Numbered from the whole stretch's first letter, positions 12,238-25,358 are shown. The stretch: DNA of 63,523 nt, filler included, from Octopus bimaculoides (GCF_001194135.2; 8 parts of 8 records of this genome joined end to end with filler, not necessarily neighbours in it), one strand, 5' to 3'. Made by a program: numbers and translations. The notes: a model not told the origin generated them from the letters alone.

Positions 12238-14994
12238 ATAAACAAAAATACATAATAAAAATGCAGGATTTAGAGATATGCACAATACTCTGAAAGTAAG
12301 TTTTCTAGACGCTGCAAGCGTGCTGCATAAAAATACTATGACTACATCGGAACGAACAAAACCGGTACAAACAATATCTAAACTCTGCTTTGGCAAACAA
12401 CAATATTATGACAACGGGTTAAATAAAATTTATTGTTCTTAATGTTTAAATCCCAACTCAGTATTTAAATGGTATTTTATTCCATGGTATTTACGGCATT
12501 TTAAATGGTATTTTATTTTACCGACACCACTGATATGAAAGGGAAAATTGACATCGATTTGATTTCAATTTAAGAGATAAATAATAGGTAGAAAAGACGT
12601 AAAGTGTTTTCCCGACACAGTAGCGATAAAACCAGATCGCCGCCCCGATAATAATAATTATAACTTCTGATTTTGGCATGAGATTACCAGCAAATGACTG
12701 TTTTATAGTTATCAAATTTTTCATATGAAATTTAAATCTCTTTTGGATCTCTCCTGCAGTAATCTGTGCCTTTGAATTATTGTGTGCTTACACAAACTGA
12801 GCTCGTGAAATATTCATTACACTTTAACGATATGAAATATCCCATACACTTTGACGACGCATACTGTATACTAGATAAATAAATAATCTGATTTATTGTA
12901 TTATGATATTTAATCATTTCCGAAAGCTTTCTCTGATGTGATATAAAACGAAATCAACTGCAAAATAACATTGTGTTGCTAAATATATATCAAAGTATTT
13001 TAATGAATCAATGATACAAAATGTATTTTAAATTTGAAGCTGATGACACCTTTTTTTTCTTAATTCGTCCGAAATTCTAAATCCGATTCACATTTGCTTA
13101 AAGCATCATAATCGTGTGAGTTCGCAGAACTCATAAACATAGCTGTGTAAACATGGGAGAGAAAAGAAAATAATCACCGACTATATAGATTGACACTAAA
13201 GTTAATACCAACGAAAGGTTAAGAGTTGTGCAAGCTAAATATTTAGCCAACGATTTTATAAGGCATTCTGAAATAAACAGAAACATACATAGATAAACAC
13301 AAAGAAAAACACATATATAAACCCTCTCTCTCATGTGCTCGCACGCACACACACATGTTAATATATGCCATTCTTCTTTGTATACAAATACATTCCTACT
13401 TAAAGTATTGAGTACATTATAATAGCAATGTTTATTTACATAGTCGTAAATCAATACAGTCGAGCAGGACCATTTGTGAAGCAGATGGGGTGAAGAGTGA
13501 TTATTTTAAATCTACATCGCATAAAAGAGCGAGGGATTTTTGTTATTTTTATTATATTGGTGAAACATAGACACACAGAGAAATACGCTGACGCACACAT
13601 CCATATACACCCAAGCGTTAATTATACACATTGTCGTAGCAAAACACACACACATATACATTTTTGACAACAGATACGCATATATACAGCCACTGAAAAC
13701 CGAACTTATTCATGTTACAATTTCAAAGCGGACAGCACCCGTTGTCCCTTTTGAAATGTAAAGCATATGGTAACCTATTCGGTTAATTTAAATGCCACTT
13801 GATGTTATTTATAAATTATATGATAACTGGCCATGATAAAGTGGTCTAAGAGAAGATAACTTCACAAGAAAACACAGACACACACAGACACACACACATA
13901 CAGACAGAACTACGCGCTCACCTAAAACTATATGCACGCACACATACACAGATAAAGGGATTTCTTAATACTTAAAGCAAAGAGTATTACGTGAATAAAG
14001 TACTGGATACAAATAGAGTGAAAAAACCAAGCATTACGTATTTCAAAATATATTAGTATTTGTGCTTCTTATGTTACAACATATGGTTTACTCTAATTTG
14101 TTATATTACATGGCAAAATAAACATTATATAGATATATATGTATGTATGTGTGTGTTTGTGTGTGTGTGTTTGTGTGTGTGTGTATGTGTGTGTGTGGTC
14201 GTGCATGTATGCGGATGCATATTTGTGTATGTGTGTTTATGAAGGTGCGATTGTGCGTGCGCTTGTAAATGTGTATGTATATGTGTATTTTAGTGTTAAA
14301 TACTTAAGAAGCTTTGAATATCAATTCATAGATTTCGCATACCAAAGTATTGGAGATGTATTGTCAGTTGTTTGTTTACAGTGGATCATATTGATTTTAT
14401 CTAAGGTAATTTAGCTTTTATACTCAATGTTATATGGGAGAGGGAAGTGTACGGATTGAAAATTGTCAGATCGTTTGCTAGAATACCTCGTATAATTGGT
14501 TATGGATCTCTGTACTTTAAATTTAAAGTACAGAGGTTAAGTTTTCCTTTCTATAACTTCCTAGTCGATACTTTAAAGGACTAGTGCCGTAGTGCAATTG
14601 ATTCGTCTTACTCCGAGAGCTACCGTCACATAAAACACATCTTTAATTTACTAGTGTATTTTTGGGAAAAAGCATTTTAATAGATTCCGTCATATTCTCA
14701 TGCACACGGTATCAGATACATACTACGGTCACGTTAAACGCATGGCATTTTTTTTATTATACTAATTTATGTAAAACGCGTATCTTATGCCTATGGCATA
14801 CTCTGTGCCTGACAGGTTGATTCTAGAAATAGCGACTCATTTTATCTAATAATTAAATGCTAATTATGGAGATCGACTATGACAACTGGCCATATTTATG
14901 GCTCCCCGGCTTCAACTACATTTGAATATTCAGTTGGAGATGTATAAAAAGAGAGACATTCGGACATAAGATTATAGTAAAGCATACGCAGCAG

Positions 14995-15024
14995 ACACGT
15001 TTTTTACATCTGTCATAACCCCAG

Positions 15025-15095
<71 letters not shown>

Positions 15096-15098
15096 ATT
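14995..15098. repeat. (TCTA)n microsatellite
   Basis: Directly visible from about 15025. Confidence 0.9.
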
Positions 15099-16567
15099 AC
15101 AGTGACACATTATATTATTCGTTACTTTACCTCAGGTCTAACCCAAAGTAATCAGTTAAATTTGTGTTATAAAAAAATTGACGTGAAACATGCGAAGTTT
15201 TGTTATTTTAAAGTGTTACTAATAATTTCAGAAACAGATATATGAGTTATATTGATGTAAATGCGTCTTGCAATGCCATACTCGAAACAACTAAAAATAA
15301 TTGCCAAAAACTATTCGAAAATCAACCATAAAGTCCCTTTGGAAAATGGTATTCTCAAGACTGGGTTAACTTTTGTCTCTTTATCCTTTGTTCATTAGCA
15401 TCGTTCCTCCACATGTATATTTGAAATTAATTCCCTTGACAGCGATAGACTTATGTATACTTGTATAATTTCTATGAATCTCGTTTGTAGTTGGACATGC
15501 TATAATGTAAATTCCTGCATAACACAGAACATATGTAGTTGCAATTGTATACAGCAAAACAAAAAGATCCAACATGAAAAGTAATAACTAATAATATCTG
15601 TATTATATAATATAATAATAATAATCATTGGTTTACTTGTTCCAGGAGGATACGTATGTTAATGAAAGATATAGTCTTTATAAACAAAAATATAATATAT
15701 TACGACCCATTACATATACCGAAAGATGAAGAACAAAGACATCTCAGCCGGGATCTGAAATCGCAGTCTTTAGAAACGTGAGAAAACAAGGTTTATGCAA
15801 TTTTACAGATTGAAGCAATGAATACTAGTTGTTGGGATTTAGCTTAGTTCACCTCTGACTGAGATATTAAATATGCTGTCATATACGCTATGGATTTTCA
15901 CATACAGATAAGGATGCATATTTTGGAGAGGTGTGCAGTCTCCTTATCATTTTCATTAATTTCTTGCCACATTTAAGCTCTTTTGAAATGATGAACAGCA
16001 AATTAGATTTCGGTAGAATTGAACTCATTTCATAAACAGAGAAGGAAATATTGCTACGAATTTATTTAAGAATTAACAGCAGAGAAGCAGGACGAGGCAT
16101 AGAAAGAGGGGCACCGGCTAGTATATCGACCTAAGTATATTACGGTACGTCCACGTGCGAAAGACAAACTCGATCTCTACTGGAATTGAACTCAGCATAT
16201 CCAAAGATGCAAATAAATAAGACAAGACTGTATATTTGTCATTCTACTGATTTTACCCAGCAACAAACATATTCAGATATATGATAATGTCAACGATACA
16301 GAAGAAATTTATATGGCGCCTAACATCCGTTCAATGTTTGGGTTGTGTATTTTGGGAACAATTATAGCTGAAAGCTAAGAACTGCTTCATGAGTATTATA
16401 TACTAAATGAATGTAAAAATATTGGAGTCAAGAAGATGAGGGGCGGTAATGAATATCTGTATTATGAGAATTAGAAGGAAATCAGCGGTGACATTAAAGA
16501 AGTGTATAAAGAAATCATTATTTAAGAAATTATGCAGATCTATTGACGAAAAGAGAGAATCACTTTG

Positions 16568-16609
<42 letters not shown>

Positions 16610-16682
16610 CATGTACACGCATATGTAGTGTGTGTATGTGCGAGTAATAAATGCATGCATTCATGTATGTATGTGCGTATGT

Positions 16683-16718
<36 letters not shown>

Positions 16719-17189
16719 GAACAACTTCGCTTCATAAGTAATGATAAAGAAACGAAAAATTTTAACCGGGTTTACGATTGAGATTTGTGTTGTAAAAAAC
16801 AATTATTCGCATTGTTTTTTTCATAGCGCATGAAATAAAATGGATGCTAATATTTCAAATGAAATTCGCGGTGATGTCCACTTTTGGCAAGTGTTTATAT
16901 TTATCAGTTTTCAAAAGCGTTATGGCATTAGTATCGTTAGGTGCCGGCCCACATTCGAAATCTATAATGAAGTATATTCTAGATTTTAGCAACTCAATTT
17001 TTTCTCAGTCTTGATGATTCTGTATCTATATTATCTGATGCTTCTTCTTTTCTTTTAGGATGGTATACTGTCATCTGATGTTTCTTTTGAAGCTACTATT
17101 ACAAGGCCGAACAGTTACATCAAACTGTATCGTTGGTTCCTTCTACGTTTTTGATTCAAGTTCACAGATATATAATTGTGTGAACGGGA

Positions 17190-17365
17190 AAACCTTCTCT
17201 TTGCAATGAAACTCTGGAAGCGCAAAATAGACTATGTCTACTTTCTTATTCTCTATCACATGGTCGCACTGAATCATAAAATCCCATAGGATCTTTACAT
17301 TATCATTTTGCATGATTTCTTCGGGTTTATGTTCGTACCGCTTTTTTGCTCTGTCAAGTCCATAC
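17190..17365 (-). mobile_element. RLE-type (R2/R4/Dong-like) non-LTR retrotransposon C-terminal fragment
   Basis: YGLDRAKKRYEHKPEEIMQNDNVKILWDFMIQCDHVIENKKVDIV resembles the WYEH.P..V.EN..KILWDF.IQ.D..I..R.PDIV region preceding the restriction-like endonuclease; next to (ATT)n at 17390-17445. Confidence 0.75.
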
Positions 17366-17387
17366 NNNNNNNNNNAATATTGACATA

Positions 17388-17430
<43 letters not shown>

Positions 17431-17792
17431 GATTATTATTATTATATATTTTTAAAGGATTGACGTAAATCTTCACAAAGATTAACAGACAAGACGAAAA
17501 GTGCGTTGCGATTGCAATAGATATTTTATTGGTTAAATATTATTTCGATAACCCATGTGTCTTTTACAAGTTCAAAATACAAATTGAAATTAAATTCAAA
17601 GGCGGGAAACGCAGAAAGACACGCAGTTATTCCGATTTAAGTTCGAATGTTTTACGTTTCCTAACTTTGAATTTAATTTCAGTTTGTATTCTGAACTTAC
17701 AATAGACACACGGAGTGTCGAAATATTGTTCAACCAACGAAATATCTATTGCAATCGCTTTGCACTCTTCGTCTTGTCTATTACTCTTTACT

Positions 17793-18027
17793 CTTTTACT
17801 TGTTCCAGTATTTTGACTGTGGCCATGCTGGAGCACCGCCTTTAGTCGAGCAAATCGACCCCAGGACTTACTCTTTAGAAGCCTAATACTTATTCTATCG
17901 GTCTCTTTTGCCGAACCGCTAACTTACGGGGACATAAACACACCAGCATCGGTTGTCAAGCGATGTTGGGGGGGACAAACAAAGACACACAAACACATAC
18001 ACATACATATATATATATATATATATA
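17793..18027 (-). mobile_element. SINE family A 3' half
   Basis: cttttacttgttccagtattttgactgtggccatgctggagcaccgcc..gccgaaccgctaacttacgggga..tcggttgtcaagcg is the reverse complement of the tail at 12050-12230. Confidence 0.88.
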
Positions 18028-18127
18028 NNNNNNNNNNNNNNNNNNNNNNNNNNNNNNNNNNNNNNNNNNNNTTAATTAATTAANNNNNNNNNNNNNNNNN
18101 NNNNNNNNNNNNNNNNNNNNNNNNNNN
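18028..18127. other. Artificial contig-join spacer (44 N + TTAATTAATTAA + 44 N)
   Basis: Identical 100-bp construct recurs seven times; the 12-mer has stop codons in all six frames. Confidence 0.95.
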
Positions 18128-19605
18128 TATATATATATATATATATATATTTACATGTGTATACATATATAAATACATACATACACCCACATAAAAGCAT
18201 ACACATGTATATATATGCGTATTGGTGTGTGTGTGTTCGTGTGTATAACTATCTTACACCCATATTGCTTAAAACTTTGTAAGCGTAGAATACTTCTATA
18301 TCATAAGATGTCTCTGAACATCTAAACATCTGAAGATGTGTACATGTTCTACGCGTACAAAATTCTATGCCTGCACATGAGTATCTGTATGTGTGTGTGT
18401 ATGTATGTATGTATGTATGTATGTATGTATGTATGTATGTATGTATGTATGAGCGAATGTGAGTGTGAACATATATATTACTTCAAAAATTGCAAGTTGA
18501 TAGAATTATAAAATTTTGCCTACAATATTAAAAATATAAAACAAAACGAAACTTACAATTATATATCAAGGTTCTAACTGTTAAGTATGAAATATGACGG
18601 TTGAGGGAGGTAATGATTATGTTGTCGACAGGTAGAGAGAAAACGCAATGAGAGCAGTGAGAGAAGGAAAGAGAGTGAAAAGGGATGGGAAAGGAGAAAG
18701 AATGAAAATGGAGAACACAAAAGAAGAGAATTAAAATAGAAAGGAAACAAACAATGGTCGTGGGGGGGGGGGACCGAGATGCAGAGAAAGAAAGAATTTT
18801 TGAGTGAGTGATTGAAAGAAAGAAAGAAAGATTTGTTCGACCAGTACCCTTCAAGGCGGTGCCTCACAATGGCCGCAGTCTAATGACTGAAACAAGTTAA
18901 AGAAGAAAAGATGAAAAGAAAGAGTGAGAAGAAAATACCATTAGAAAGAATTAACGGTAATAAATGAAGGTATTACAAAAACTACATTAGAAAAGTCTAT
19001 TAAAGCAACCATTTTAAAGATTTCTGTAAAATAACACAAAAATGAAATCTAGTGAAGTAGAATGGAAAGATGGCGATATTCATTAGATAAAATCAGAAAA
19101 AAATCAGGTTATTTTAACCAATATTGAGGCGAAAGTCATAAGAATAGAGATGTCTGATATTTCTAAAAGTTTAAATTCTTGTGTGAAATATCTGTGAACA
19201 GCATTTATCTACTTGAGAGTCTTTGACGCCAAATTCCACTTAGGGTAAATATAACTCCAAGGGGCTTCCAAAAAGATCGGAAAATTCAAAGTAGCTTAAA
19301 TATAACGAAGAATTTTCTGTTTCACAAAATTCCACTAATAAAACTGAAGAATTACGATCAGTACCAATACGAATTTAGATCTTAGCACAGACGAAAATTG
19401 TCCTTATAGGAAGCCTCAGAAAATGTTGGTATATATTAATAAATTGTCTGACTCACACACGCACTCTTAAAGAATATAGTCAATATCATTAGTCGCATTT
19501 CTCGAGAGATGAAGGAGTTTTATTCATACAGCTCTGTATTATAATAAAGTTGTAAAAGAGTAGGGATCTTTTCTAAGAAATACAGTATATACTATCCAGT
19601 ATATA

Positions 19606-19945
19606 TGTGAAGGCGCATGGCTCAGTGGTTAAGGCGTCGAGATCACAATCATGAAATAGTGAGTTCGATTCTCGGGCCGGGCTGCATGTTGTTCTCTTGA
19701 GCAAGACATTTTATTTCACATTGCTCCAGTTCACTCAGCTGTAGAAATGAGTTGTGACGTCACAGGGGCCAAGCTGTATCAGCCTTTGCCTTTCCCTTGG
19801 ATAACATCGATGGCGTGGAGAAGGGATGCTGGTATGCATGGGCAACTGCTGTTCTTCCATAAACAATCTTGCCCGGACTTGTGCTTATGAGGGGAACTTT
19901 CTAGGAGAATCCCATGGTCATTTATGATCGAAGGAGTTTTTACCC
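19606..19945 (+). mobile_element. tRNA-derived SINE family C
   Basis: A-box-like ggctcagtggttaag, B-box-like gagttcgattctc, then cttgagcaagaca.tttatttcac.ttgctccagttcactcagctgtag central domain. Confidence 0.8.
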
Positions 19946-21399
19946 TATCACACAAACACCCTACTATCTAGATGAACACATCTTTCACCCTCGATGGATT
20001 CCAGTATCACCAAAACTTTCGTAAACCTGATACAGAGTCACTTCTCAATTGATCGCAAGTGTGACATTTTTCTATATGACTAAATGTTAAATATATCTGT
20101 CCTGATATCAGGCAGCATCAGGAATTTAATTCCCGGCATCAAGAAAAGGAATGACAGAAACTGCCGCAAGTATAGTTTGTTAATTAACAACATTAACTTC
20201 TACCTTCTCGACCATAAATGGCTTAATAAAGAATTGATGTACTGCGCCAAAACTGAAGTTGGTAGACCAGAGCCAACGGTCTTTTTTAATCTTAATAAAA
20301 TATCTCTTTGCAGCATACAACATTATTTTCATTTAAACACCCAAAAAGCGAAAGAACACAGCTTTCCTATCGCAACATGTTTGGTGACTAAAAATTAGAA
20401 ACATTACACATTATACAAACTGCCAGGGGAAGAATTTGCTTAGCCATGTTCCGAAGGAGCTGAATCAATCCACTTATAGCGCTTTTTTCATGCGAATGAT
20501 TGGTGGGGAGTTGTCTCCAATAGTTTCAGATGTTTTCCGTTACCATCACTTTCCCTCGTTACAAAATGATTGAACGGTGCAGCTACTACTGCGGGTACTG
20601 GCGTTTCCTGCTTTTGCAATTACTATGGGCACATCTCATTCTCTATCTCTCCTGCTGTATACTTGTGTGATTCTGGTATTAGGGGTGAGACTATTTCCTT
20701 CGACCATTGTTGTTTTGAGAACTTAGTATATTCTGGGACTTGCCGATAATTGTGTTGCTGTTCTGTTTTGTTTTTGGTCTCTGCTAGCCCCTGTGGCTTA
20801 GAAGTTCTCACGTGTAACATCTGAGCTTCCTGCACCGTATTAACAGTTTCTTTGCATTTCCTTTAGCACCAGCGACAGTAAACAACTCTAGTATGGCCTT
20901 TGGGCATCGAGTGTTGTGGCAACTTGTATGTTCATTGATGCCCCACCCGAACACATGTCATTATCTTATCCCATTCCACTCCCACTCTACCCTTCTATTT
21001 TTATCACTATATACAGACTCAAACACAGATCTTAATCAGTCTCTGACGAGGCTTAGAGAATATATAGTCGGCCATGTAAGACTATCAATAAACCTAAAGA
21101 TTTGCTGTCTTTCTTGTTTTGTCCTTGTTTGGCCATCACCCGACTCGTATTCTCAATATCACTAGCACCATCAGATGAATAGTACCACGGAATTTAAAGT
21201 TTTTGCGCTTTAAATGCACCGAAAATGCGCTTGCAATCTGGATTGCCGTAGTTAATGAGAGGATTTCCATGTTTTCTTGATTTTCGTTGTTTTTCCGTTT
21301 ATCGATTATATGTTCCTTCCTCTTATATCGGTGTTACCCTTTTAAAATGAGTTTCTATCAGACCCATATCGGACACTGAATGCTGTATGAAGTCAAAAG

Positions 21400-22354
21400 G
21401 GGTTCTCTAGAAATGGAAGCGGTAAGAAATATTTGTTCAGTCTATGAAAATGGAGTTTAAGTATTCGGACATGTCAATGACTGTTTGGCCAGTTTCGTCA
21501 GGAATATTTTGTTTTGTTGAATTTCCTCAATCTGAGCAGCCAAGTTCTGTCAATATTAAGCTTCTGAAAACCGTAGTTGAGGAAAACCCAAAGCTAACTG
21601 CGCAAGAATTAACAAGCCGGTTCAGTTGAAGTCACATTTCAATCGTAAAACACTTTCATGAACTAGAAGATATGTCTAAACTCAGTCACTGGGTCCCTTA
21701 TCTAACTACTTCTCAGTTTAATCAAGGTGTTTTCTTCTCTTCATTAAAGAGTAGATTTGTTGCCGAGCTTTTCCTGGGCTTTCTATAGCATATCCATCGA
21801 AAATGACAATGCCTAGCACCCAATGAAAGGTAGGACTCCAATCGAAAAAAGTGTTTAGAAAGAGATGAAGAGTATTGTCTTTCAGGCAGTGTTAAACCAA
21901 AATGAAGGAGTTAAGTATTGTCATCAATTGGAAACATTGCGCAAAAATTTGCAAAGAAGGCGCCTATCATTGGTCAGTCGTAAAAAGGTGTTGCTCTCAC
22001 ACGATAATGCAATGCTACATATTACCGTTGTCACTCAAGAAAAGGTTATGACACTAAATATGGAAGCTTCGCATCATCCTTCTTGCTCTCCTGACCTTGC
22101 TCCATCTGTTGTCCTTTTCAGCATTATTTACATGGAAAACGCTTTTTAATTCTGGAGAGGTTAAAAATGATATTTAGTTTTTACTTCGAAACCTGAAGAA
22201 TTTTGCGCCCGAGGGATCAACAGTTTGCCAAATAGATGGGATTATGTTAAGAGTAACGAGGGGAAATATCTTAATTAAGTATATCAATGAAGAACAAATG
22301 GGCCTGTTTCCTGCCATCGTGAAATACGACAGGACTTCCTTTCCAATCTTAATA
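21400..22354 (+). mobile_element. Decayed mariner (DD34D-type) transposon
   Basis: PSSVNIKLLKTVVEENPKLTAQEL (HTH), KLSHWVP (WVPHEL-like), KVLLSHDNA and HPSCSPDLAPS (YSPDLAPSD-like) motifs across frameshifts. Right TIR-like end gaaatacgacaggacttcctttccaatcttaata; left TIR not seen. Confidence 0.85.
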
Positions 22355-22670
22355 TTTATCCTAAATCGTAAACATCACTCTCCTTTCTCCCTTCTCTTTC
22401 CGTATCCTTCCTCTTCCCCTCTCTCTCCCGTTTCACTCTCTCTATCTCTCTTCTGTCTTCTTTCTCTCCTACTCTCTCTTTTCTCTCTCTCTCTCTCACT
22501 CATTTATCCTATCTCTCCCCTCTCTCTCTCATCTCTCTCCCCTATCCTTCTAACTTATCTTCCAACTTATTTAATTTTCCCCACCTCAGAACTAACCCTA
22601 ACACCATCATTGCATGTTTTTGAACTATTTTCTCCTCTTTATTAAATATTTCTGTGTTTTTCTTATGCAG
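22355..22670. repeat. CT-rich homopyrimidine tract preceding the SCYL2-like exon
   Basis: Directly visible (ctctct.. with interruptions). Confidence 0.8.
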
Positions 22671-22793
22671 GCAACAGCATTTCTTCTCGATAAACTTCAC
22701 ATTATTCTCGCCAAATCTCCAAAGGAAGAAATCAAGTCGGAAGTGCTTCCCATGGTCTTTAACACACTGGATTCTAATTCACTGCAGGGTCAG
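22671..22793 (+). CDS. SCYL2: Internal coding exon (41 codons, phase 0/0) of a SCY1-like pseudokinase 2 (SCYL2-like), HEAT-repeat region
   Basis: Long pyrimidine-rich tract then ttttcttatgcag|GCA at 22671; donor CAG|gtatgt at 22794. 123 nt open: ATAFLLDKLHIILAKSPKEEIKSEVLPMVFNTLDSNSLQGQ, which resembles my recollection of vertebrate SCYL2 (FLQKMDLLLTKTPPDEIKNSVLPMVYRALEAPSIQIQ). Orthology versus an invertebrate paralog is unresolved. Confidence 0.8.
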
Positions 22794-22989
22794 GTATGTA
22801 CCAATATCGATATCATTCAATCTTTTAGCATTTGTCTTTTATCTTTTACTTGCTTTAATCATTGGGCAGCTGCAGTTAATAAATGACGCAGCCTTTACTC
22901 AGAGTATCATATACACGAAAGTACTAAACGATTCGATCAGGTATTTGACATTTGATTGAACATATATACATACACACACACACACACAG

Positions 22990-23051
<62 letters not shown>

Positions 23052-23280
23052 ATTTATGTATGTATGTATGTATGTATGTATGTATGTATGTATGTATGTA
23101 TATGGGGAGAGAGAGAGAGAGAGAGACCATGTGTGACAAGTAAGATATGCAACGATCATCAAATTATTAGAGAAACTTAAAGTCCTGAATATATACTTCT
23201 CTGTGCATATAATTTATTTGTGTTTTATTGTCAAAGTTTTCGAGCATCCCACTATACACGCGCGAGCGCGTATATGCATT

Positions 23281-23311
<31 letters not shown>

Positions 23312-23591
23312 ATATATANNNNNNNNNNNNNNNNNNNNNNNNNNNNNNNNNNNNNNNNNNNNNNNNNNNNNNNNNNNNNNNNNNNNNNNNNNNNNNNNNN
23401 NNNNNNNNNNNNNNNNNNNNNNNNNNNNNNNNNNNNNNNNNNNNNNNNNNNNNNNNNNNNNNNNNNGAGGGGAGGGAGAGTGGAAAGAGAGAGAGAGACA
23501 TATGCATGCATATATTAGAGTTGTCGGATAGATTCTTTTTCTTTCTTGTTTTTTCCTATTTGAGACTATTTCGGCATATTTCTGCAAAAAA

Positions 23592-23644
<53 letters not shown>

Positions 23645-23759
23645 CTAGGTCCTTATTGATTGATTAATGATAGGTGTTTCGATATTTAGTTGTGATTTAT
23701 ATTTGTTATACTTTGTTTATTCTCAGTTGTTGGGTGAAATAGTCCGAGCATTTGTAGAG

Positions 23760-24500
23760 AGGGAAGATTTTAAAATTGGGTAGTCATTCCCACACAATTT
23801 GTAATGTAACTATTTAGGGAGATCTTCCTTGTGCTCTCATCTCGAATCCATTGGCGGTGTATCGTCATTCATTTGCGTAACGAAACGTCCGTCTGTCCTA
23901 TGTAGTTTTTTTGGCGTCCACCGCATGTAATTGCGTAAATTAGGTTTCCGGAGTTACAGGTGAAGTTTACTTTTACTTTAAAGGTTTGTCCATATTTAAG
24001 TTTGAATTTTGGTCCTTCCTTTAAGTATAAGGAGATGCTGCAATTTGTTCTTCCACATTTTGTCACAGTTGGGTTGGGGATTTGTTTATGTGTTTTCGTT
24101 CCAGTGAGGATTCGTTCGAGTGTTTTGGGCTGCCTTTTGCCTTTGATGATTTGGCATGTTACCAGAATTTTTTCATTATCTCATCTTCAAGTAGAATGGG
24201 GAGGTTTGTGGATGAGGTTGAATATTTCAGTGTTTCTGGGATTGAAGTTTGACACAAATGGTAAAATATTTTTCTTTGTTTTGAATATTCATTTTCCTTA
24301 GTTCCTGGATATCAATATGCTTTGCTCTGTCCATTCCATTGGTGATTACGCCTAGTGGGAATGCTCTTCGCATGGATATTTTTTAAAGTTCTTCCTGTCT
24401 TTGATCAGGCTTAGAAGGCTTTGACACTATTGTACAAATTCGTTTTGCCTGATTAAACGGAATATTCAGTTTGGTGCGTTTAGGATGAGTTGATGTGAAC
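23760..24500 (-). mobile_element. Penelope-like element 3' fragment (RT thumb to GIY-YIG endonuclease) inside the SCYL2-like intron
   Basis: THPKRTKLNIPFNQAKRICTIVS (HP...K.SIP.SQA.R..RICS thumb-like motif) and TFKVKVNFTCNSGNLIYAITCGGRQKNYIGQT (FTC.S.N.IY.I.C..C...YIGQT GIY-YIG motif). Confidence 0.85.
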
Positions 24501-24845
24501 AAGATGCACACACACACAGATATAGCTATATATATGTGTGTGTACACATATACATATACAAATATATATATATATGCATATATATGTATGTATGTATATA
24601 TGTACATATATAACAGGTGTTGAGTACATTTTCATACACATGAGAATATATATAAACATATATATGCGTATATGAGTGTTCCACTTCTGCACTTTTCCTA
24701 TAATCTGTGTTTCTTCTCTCTTACAACACCGCCATCATCATCATCATCATTGTCACTACCAACACCACCACCATCACTCTGATAACGACATTGGATAACA
24801 ATTATGATATCGCGACACTACTACTATGATGACTACCACCGCCAG

Positions 24846-24959
24846 GAAGCAGCATTGAACACTATCGCCGTCATCAAAGAATACGTGGATGACCAGGTGA
24901 TTAAGAAGATTGTGCTACCGAGAGCGAAGAACCTGTTTGCAAGATCAAGCAACGTTAAA
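24846..24959 (+). CDS. SCYL2: Next coding exon (38 codons, phase 0/0) of the same SCYL2-like gene
   Basis: cgccag|GAA at 24846; donor AAA|gtaagt at 24960. 114 nt open: EAALNTIAVIKEYVDDQVIKKIVLPRAKNLFARSSNVK. Joins in frame to the previous exon and continues the SCYL2-like match (recalled ELCLNIIPTFANLIDYPSMKNALIPRIK). Confidence 0.8.
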
Positions 24960-25146
24960 GTAAGTTAAATGCACCTACCTATCTTTGTTTTTGCTTTCTT
25001 CTTTGTTTTTCAAAAATTCCTTGTTTGTAGCCAACATGGAGATTGTGATATGCTATATATTTCCTATTTAGTTGTCTATAATGCGAGAAATTTTAAGGAA
25101 AATATCAAAGTAACACTGGTGGTGGTGGTGGTGGGGACTGTATCAT

Positions 25147-25358
25147 CATGAGGGTCGCTGAAAAGTTCCTGGTTTTGGGTAAAAGAAAATACAGCAGGAT
25201 CATTTAATTATGATTTTATTCAACATATTTCCCTCACACACTTATTGCAGCGGTCCTTCATTTTTTCTAAGACCTGTGAAAAAACTCCGAAGGTTGGGCC
25301 TCCAGCTAGGCCTCTCACGACATTCTTAAATCCAAGAACTTTTCGGCACCCCCTCGTA
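25147..25358. mobile_element. Mariner-type MITE (about 210 bp)
   Basis: Left end catgagggtcgctgaaaagttcctgg and right end ccaagaacttttcggcaccccctcgta are imperfect inverted repeats of about 27 bp. Confidence 0.8.

Noticed and set aside
18072-18083. TTAATTAATTAA recurring motif as a regulatory element
   Set aside because: Always centred in 44-N flanks, so it is an artificial linker.
19606-19690. tRNA gene
   Set aside because: A/B boxes are present but there is no complete cloverleaf, and it continues into a SINE body.
20600-20840. Possible LINE ORF1 zinc-knuckle remnant on the minus strand
   Set aside because: No intact CCHC motif; similarity is too weak to call.
23640-23760. Expected hammerhead downstream of the Penelope GIY-YIG fragment
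   Set aside because: No CTGANGA box paired with GAAA and helix II could be found on the minus strand.
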